Positions 58,536 through 64,000 of a DNA stretch of 64,000 bases are shown piece by piece (the first letter of the stretch is position 1; every line of letters begins with the position of its first letter). The DNA is from an uncultured virus (IMG/VR IMGVR_UViG_3300014826_000003) (taxonomy: Duplodnaviria; Heunggongvirae; Uroviricota; Caudoviricetes): IMG/VR virus record IMGVR_UViG_3300014826_000003; one strand, 5' to 3'. Both the position numbers and the translations under genes were made by a program. The notes beneath the pieces are model-generated. The model did not search any database. It worked only from the letters and a program-made list of their open reading frames with translations, and was not told where the DNA came from.

Positions 58536-58660
58536 ATAATTCCGAAAGAAATTGACCCAAGAGCTGAGGATCTAACTTCTAGATGGTAGAAGCTATAGTA
58601 TGAGACAGACCGAGACTATAGCGATCTATTATATAGAAAACAGTATAAAAAGTAACAAAT

Positions 58661-60094
58661 ATGAAAAAACCCAAGTTTAAGTTCACCTTCGATGTAGGAT
58701 TCCAACTGGAGATTCTTCGGTTTATAATCCAGGACAAAGAGGGTGGACTGGTATTAAAAAGAATTAAGGCTAATTACCTTACACTAATAGAGCATTCTAT
58801 AGTTGTCGAGGGCATATCAAGATTTTACAAGAAGTCTTCAAAGATACCCTCTAAGAATGTACTCAAGGAAGTTATTAAAGAATTGCTAGAAAGTAGAGAT
58901 TATGTAGACCTCGTAACTAAAGATGATATACCTAATATAAATAAGGTTATCGATAATCTGTACGGTATACCTCTGAAGGATAGAGATTATATTCAGAAAA
59001 AGGTTTATGAGTTTACTACTTTCGTTGAGATGAAGAATCTCAATGACTCCTTCGATTTAAATGACTTCCAACAGTATGAAGAGTACTACAAGAAGATAGA
59101 TAAGATCCTTCAGAGATCTAGGCCTAAGAAAGAGGATGAACCTCTATATCTGATACGAGGCTTGGTAGAAAGACAGTTTAAACGTCAAGCTGACCCTGCG
59201 ATTATACCTTGCCCATTCAGACAGGTAAATAAACTTACTAATGCAGGAGGCTTTCCATCTCATTCAGTTGGGGTATTACTCGATAAACCTAAAGCTCGTA
59301 AGACGTTTATGCTTGTGAACTTAGCTTTAGGATATCTGAAGATGAAGAAGTCAGTTCTATTCATAGATTTGGAGAATGGTAAGGATCAGATCATGGATCG
59401 TATCGTACAATCCTCTATCAGTAAGTCTAAGGCTGAAGTTTACTCTGGAGAATACGACTCATTGGAGGCTAAGCATATTAGGAAACTTCAAAGGTTTGGG
59501 GTTGAGTTGGTAGTTGAAAGGTTACCGGCTATGGTAGCAACTACTGATCATATCCAGGAGATAATACATAAGCTAGCTCAGCAAGGTATCAATATCAAGG
59601 TACTCATGATTGACTACGCAGCTAAGTTAGCTTCTACTAAAAACGATCGTGAAGATACTGAACGAATCTCTAATGTCTACATTGATATTCAGAACTTAGC
59701 CGAGACCGAGGATTTGGATATTGTATGGACAGCTAACCATATTACTCGTGAAGGTAAGAAACATAGGGCTACCCGTTATGATGAGAATGATATAGCAGGG
59801 TGTATTGGTATTATCCGTCACGTACAAGTAGTATATGGACTAAATGCTACACCCCAGGAAGAAGAGGAAGGTATTCAGAGACTCGAGTTAGTAGTTCAAC
59901 GAGATGGTAAACCTTCTGGTAGATGTCTACTACATGTAGATGTAGAAAAGCAGAAGGCTAGAGAATTTACAATAGAACAGCGAAAGAAATATGACGAACT
60001 CTATGGGGCTAAGCTAGAACAAGCCATAAATAAGTCAGCTAAGAACCCAGATGCTAATGCCGATAAAGCTAGTCATAGGTCAGGAGATATTTAA
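58661..60094 (+). CDS. DnaB-like (SF4) replicative helicase
   Basis: Variant Walker A KPKARKT, VLFIDLEN, LMIDYA, VWTANH, QRDG. Confidence 0.8.
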   Translation: MKKPKFKFTFDVGFQLEILRFIIQDKEGGLVLKRIKANYLTLIEHSIVVEGISRFYKKSSKIPSKNVLKEVIKELLESRDYVDLVTKDDIPNINKVIDNLYGIPLKDRDYIQKKVYEFTTFVEMKNLNDSFDLNDFQQYEEYYKKIDKILQRSRPKKEDEPLYLIRGLVERQFKRQADPAIIPCPFRQVNKLTNAGGFPSHSVGVLLDKPKARKTFMLVNLALGYLKMKKSVLFIDLENGKDQIMDRIVQSSISKSKAEVYSGEYDSLEAKHIRKLQRFGVELVVERLPAMVATTDHIQEIIHKLAQQGINIKVLMIDYAAKLASTKNDREDTERISNVYIDIQNLAETEDLDIVWTANHITREGKKHRATRYDENDIAGCIGIIRHVQVVYGLNATPQEEEEGIQRLELVVQRDGKPSGRCLLHVDVEKQKAREFTIEQRKKYDELYGAKLEQAINKSAKNPDANADKASHRSGDI

Positions 60095-60105
60095 TTTATA
60101 AGATT

Positions 60106-60438
60106 ATGTATAAAGGTCAGAAAGTTTACGTAGTATATGATGACTCTCGTAGAGAGAACTGCTACGAAGAAATTAAAAGTGCTGGGCCTCAGTATATTAA
60201 GATAGGCCCATTGAAGGAGCATATCTTTGATGCTAAAACTCTTAGGCAAGTACAGTCTGGTAATGCTAAGCTTTGGGAATCTAAAGAAGCTTATGAGGCT
60301 TATGTAGAATCAGTACATCTCCGCTCTGAATTATACCGAGAGATGGAACGGTACATTCAGAACCTCCCAGATGATCCAGTTAAGTTAAGAAAGTTGGTTA
60401 ATCGTTATAGGAAAAGAAATGGGCGTAAGGCATTATAA
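60106..60438 (+). CDS. hypothetical protein
   Basis: ORF in the replication operon. Confidence 0.6.
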   Translation: MYKGQKVYVVYDDSRRENCYEEIKSAGPQYIKIGPLKEHIFDAKTLRQVQSGNAKLWESKEAYEAYVESVHLRSELYREMERYIQNLPDDPVKLRKLVNRYRKRNGRKAL

Positions 60439-60673
60439 AAGGTTTTCTACCAGTAAGGAAGCTCGGCAAGTAATCTATAACCCTACTCATGACCATAAGT
60501 GTGAAGCTCATGAATGGGCTGTACAGATTAGTTTAAACCAGATAAGTAATAATTATACTGATATACTTGGTTACTTTACTTTGAACGATCTACTTAGATT
60601 AAGGCGAGTAGTTAACCGAGCTATTAAGATTGTTAAGAATCCGAAGAAACATAACACTAAGAGACATTGGTAA
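60419..60673 (+). CDS. hypothetical protein
   Basis: ORF in the replication operon. Confidence 0.5.
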   Translation: MGVRHYKRFSTSKEARQVIYNPTHDHKCEAHEWAVQISLNQISNNYTDILGYFTLNDLLRLRRVVNRAIKIVKNPKKHNTKRHW

Positions 60674-60676
60674 GCT

Positions 60677-61642
60677 ATGAAGATTACTAATAGATTTAAA
60701 TCTCAGCTTTACTCTTACTTTACTAAGCGAATGGGTTGCTGGAACTACAAACATGGTTGGATGAGAGTTCCAGTATGCCCATACTGTGGTAGAAGAGAGA
60801 AGATGGGGATTAACCTCTCAATGTACCGGACTAATTGCTTTAGGTGTGGAGAACATCCTAACCCAGCTCAACTAGTAATGGATGTAGAACATTTTGAGAC
60901 TTGGTCTGAATTACTTAAGTTTTTAGATAGTGGCGATTTTAACGAACTAGAATTTAAAGAAGAACATGTTGAACTTGCAGAACGGAAGCCCGTATATCTT
61001 CCACAAGGGTTCACTAATATACGTTTTGGTAAATCTCAGTTGGCTAGAACAATGCAAGGATACGTTACAAAACGTGGATTCAGTATTGAAGATTTTTCAA
61101 GACTTGGCATCGGGTACTGTAACGAGGGCGATCTATTTGGGTATCTCATTATACCGTTCTACTACAGATCAGAACTTCGTTATTACAATGCCCGTAACGT
61201 CGTGGGAAACGGTCCTAGATACCGGAACCCAGATAAGGATATCACGGGGCTGGGGAAAGAATTTCTTATATTCAATCATGACGCTCTGTCTATGTATCGA
61301 ACCGTGTACATCTGTGAAGGAGCTATCAACGCTCTTACCATCGGAGAGAGAGGAATTGCTACAATGGGTAAAGCAATTTCCGCTTATCAGGTTAACGAAC
61401 TAATCAAAGCACCCTGTGAGAGGTATATAATTCTTCTTGACCCCGATGCAAAAGACCGAGCTATTAACCTAGCTCTTAAACTGGTATACTACAAAAAGGT
61501 TAAAGTAGTTTTCTTGCCCGACGGAAAAGATTGCAACGACCTAACTAAATCTGGTACGTTACGGTATGTATGGCGTACTAGATACCAAAGTTATCAAGAT
61601 CTAATTGAGATTAAAAACCGAATAGCTTATGAAGAAGTATGA
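60677..61642 (+). CDS. DNA primase (Zn finger + TOPRIM)
   Basis: CPYC...CFRC, IIPF, ICEGAIN, LDPDA, KDCND. Confidence 0.88.
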   Translation: MKITNRFKSQLYSYFTKRMGCWNYKHGWMRVPVCPYCGRREKMGINLSMYRTNCFRCGEHPNPAQLVMDVEHFETWSELLKFLDSGDFNELEFKEEHVELAERKPVYLPQGFTNIRFGKSQLARTMQGYVTKRGFSIEDFSRLGIGYCNEGDLFGYLIIPFYYRSELRYYNARNVVGNGPRYRNPDKDITGLGKEFLIFNHDALSMYRTVYICEGAINALTIGERGIATMGKAISAYQVNELIKAPCERYIILLDPDAKDRAINLALKLVYYKKVKVVFLPDGKDCNDLTKSGTLRYVWRTRYQSYQDLIEIKNRIAYEEV

Positions 61643-62159
61643 AAATCTTTTACCAGAGTATCCCAGTTATTTCGTTACTAAAAGTGGTAAAGTATATAGC
61701 TGTAGGACCGGTATTTGGAAGTTAAGAAGACAAAGTAAATCAAATACCGATAGATGGCGAGTACGTATAAAGAACCGTCATGGTTTTTACAAATGGGAAC
61801 AGGTATCTAGGTTAGTTGCTACTGCTTATTTACCAAATCCACATAATTTACCAGTAGTTATGCACTTAGACGATAACCCCAACAATAATAGGGTAGGTAA
61901 TTTAAGATGGGCTACACAATCAGAGAACATACAGTCTGCTTATGATAAATGTAGGGCTAAAACCCCTTTGCCCTTAACAAGAAATGGTGAACTTCATCCA
62001 AGTTCTAAGATAACTAATAGGCTAAGGTATATTTTAGTAGACTTACACTTAACTTATCAAGTACCATTATCTAAGCTAAGTGTTATATTTAATATAAGTT
62101 CTAGACACCTTTCTGAATTAGTAAATCAGTATAAGAAAGGTACTAGATGGTCAATCTAG
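61629..62159 (+). CDS. HNH homing endonuclease (NUMOD4-like + HNH + HTH)
   Basis: RLVATAYLPNP..LPVVMHLDDNPNNNRVGNLRWATQSEN. Confidence 0.88.
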   Translation: MKKYENLLPEYPSYFVTKSGKVYSCRTGIWKLRRQSKSNTDRWRVRIKNRHGFYKWEQVSRLVATAYLPNPHNLPVVMHLDDNPNNNRVGNLRWATQSENIQSAYDKCRAKTPLPLTRNGELHPSSKITNRLRYILVDLHLTYQVPLSKLSVIFNISSRHLSELVNQYKKGTRWSI

Positions 62160-62218
62160 ACATCCAGGTAGCTCATTAGTTTAGGGATATCCTATATTAT
62201 TATATAAACTTTTATTAT

Positions 62219-63043
62219 ATGCGAGATCCAAGTATACACATCACTAAATCCTCCTTCAGGAAAATCCTAAAAGATATGGATATCAAATTTCCTGTGGAGG
62301 ATTTTTTCGTTAAAGCACGGCAACTTTCTGTAGATACTAGAAGTATAACTACAACCAGCCGTAAAACTACAAAGAAAGCAAATAATATTGCACTAGCAAG
62401 TAACGGGGATGCTAACTTAGCAGCTGACATCCTCTACTCTGTTCAGATTCAGCTTAAACATCGAGGAGTAAAGAAGATAGATGAGAATAATACTCGCTTC
62501 TGGCCTCTCTGTAAAAAGCTGGCTGATGTATGTAATACCTTCTGTAATGATTTCGGTTTAGAAACCAGAGCCGGGTATATTAAGTATATTAAGATAGGTT
62601 TTAGTAGGATGGATAATACCAGGAACTACCTTAACCGCTTAATATCAATGGCTCAGAACATAACTGAATCTTATCAGGCAGTTCAGGACATTAACCATGA
62701 TACGAATCCGATAGAGACGGCTTCTATACATGATCACTACTGTACAGAGATTATTAGTAGGACTGGTATCAAGGTAGATTATCATGAGAAACCAGAAATG
62801 TATATCTACTTTGTTAAGGTACGTCAGTTCTGTGAAGAAGAGGGTATAGATCCTGATGATTGGATTGATGCTCAGTTTGATGGATTAGAATGGTGTAATG
62901 GTATACCAGACCCAGATAAGCTTCTCAAAGGTAAGTGTAAAGAGTATTACGTTAAGTATATGTATAAGAATAATAAGAACTACGACCAGACTCCTAAGGT
63001 ACATGGTAGCTTATGGTCTCAAATAAACGAAGCAGATGAGTAG
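62219..63043 (+). CDS. hypothetical replication-region protein
   Basis: 274-aa ORF overlapping the helicase start. Confidence 0.65.
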   Translation: MRDPSIHITKSSFRKILKDMDIKFPVEDFFVKARQLSVDTRSITTTSRKTTKKANNIALASNGDANLAADILYSVQIQLKHRGVKKIDENNTRFWPLCKKLADVCNTFCNDFGLETRAGYIKYIKIGFSRMDNTRNYLNRLISMAQNITESYQAVQDINHDTNPIETASIHDHYCTEIISRTGIKVDYHEKPEMYIYFVKVRQFCEEEGIDPDDWIDAQFDGLEWCNGIPDPDKLLKGKCKEYYVKYMYKNNKNYDQTPKVHGSLWSQINEADE

Positions 63044-64000
63044 GATAGTTATTAAGAACAGCAACGAATGCGAGCTTGATATACCTCAAAAGTATGCAGT
63101 TAAGCTTTATGATGAACTTAGTATCAGGCATCCTAATGCGTTTTACTTACGTAGGACGATGAAGAACTGGGATGGTAAAGTTCATTTCATAGGTAAGTAT
63201 GGTAATTTCAAGATAGGTCTTCTACCTCGAGTTTATAAGATGTTACAATCTTATGGTCTTAAAGTTAAGGTAGAGGACCGTCGTCGTGAAATAAAGATGC
63301 CTAAGAAGGTTGTAACTAAGGTAGGTAACTACAAACTCCGACCAGAACAGGTAGATGCACTTAAGGCTATCATAGGTTACAAGGTTGGTGGAGTACCTTA
63401 CCAAGTTGGTGTTATAGATGCTACCGTTAACTTCGGTAAGAGTTTGTTGATGTCGGCTCTGTATTATACTTATGGTAAGAAACTTAAGACTCTACTGATT
63501 ACCCAAGATGCTGACTGGTTTAACCAAGCTAAGGATGAATTTAAGGAGTATGTACCTGATGAGAAGGTAACATTTATTCAAGGCAGTAAAGTATACGACT
63601 GGGGTAATTTTAGTATCGGTATGATACAATCTATCTCAAGGAATATAAAAGCCTATCAGAAAGAGCTTACAATGATTGATATGGTCCTGGTTGATGAGGC
63701 TGACTTAGCAGGCAGTAAGATGTACCAATCAGTTCTTACTCATCTGTATAATACTCGAGTAAGGTTAGGTCTATCTGGTACTATCTATATGTCTGGTCTT
63801 AAGAAGGACCTACTTAAGAATATGAACCTTGAATCATTCTTTGGTTTGAGGATGTATGAATTTAGGTTAGCTGACTCCATTAAAGCGGGATATTCAACCA
63901 AGACTATTGTAAAGCTTATTGATACCGATCCTTGGTACAAAGGTTATGTGAACACTACAGGCAATGATTACAAGGAGGTATATGACCGAGTTATTACCAA
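63036..64000 (+). CDS. SF2 helicase, UvsW-like (3'-truncated by the window; not in the ORF track)
   Basis: Translated by hand: MSRIVIKN...WDGK...LRPEQ...ATVNFGKS...LVDEAD...LGLSGT. Confidence 0.85.
   Translation, partial: MSRIVIKNSNECELDIPQKYAVKLYDELSIRHPNAFYLRRTMKNWDGKVHFIGKYGNFKIGLLPRVYKMLQSYGLKVKVEDRRREIKMPKKVVTKVGNYKLRPEQVDALKAIIGYKVGGVPYQVGVIDATVNFGKSLLMSALYYTYGKKLKTLLITQDADWFNQAKDEFKEYVPDEKVTFIQGSKVYDWGNFSIGMIQSISRNIKAYQKELTMIDMVLVDEADLAGSKMYQSVLTHLYNTRVRLGLSGTIYMSGLKKDLLKNMNLESFFGLRMYEFRLADSIKAGYSTKTIVKLIDTDPWYKGYVNTTGNDYKEVYDRVIT

Noticed and set aside
61629..62159. HNH gene as part of a group I intron in the primase
   Set aside because: The primase appears complete up to and past KDCND, and the HNH ORF simply overlaps its stop, so it looks free-standing
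1..64000. Stop-codon reassignment, tRNA genes, integrase or host flanks
   Set aside because: Standard-code ORFs tile the window with TAA, TAG and TGA all used as stops; no tRNA cloverleaf, integrase or host gene was recognised by eye (tRNAscan not run)

Overview
This window is part of a tailed dsDNA phage genome. It looks like a myovirus (tail sheath, T4 gp19-like tube, baseplate), and its host is probably in Bacteroidota, judging by eight TTGCA-N18-TAnnTTTGCA promoters and AT-rich start regions without a Shine-Dalgarno sequence. Layout: (1) 1-13.2 kb, + strand early/accessory genes ending in a repeat-rich non-coding zone and a ~1 kb AT-rich island bounded by inverted repeats; (2) 13.4-18.1 kb, - strand small accessory genes; (3) 18.3-57.7 kb, + strand lysis, C5-methyltransferase, packaging, head, fibre, neck, tail and baseplate genes; (4) a - strand sigma-like gene; (5) 58.6-64 kb, replication genes (DnaB-like helicase, primase, HNH endonuclease, UvsW-like helicase). 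The main find is a complete diversity-generating retroelement (DGR) in the head/neck fibre module. Its VR (35718-35830) and TR (36084-36196) are 113 bp long and differ at 15 positions, 14 of them TR adenines. The DGR is atypical: there is no avd gene, the RT has IGxxxSP instead of SQ plus a ~155-aa C-terminal fusion, and the target appears to be the tip of a modular fibre joined by repeated docking motifs. All protein calls come from motif recognition by eye; no database searches were run.
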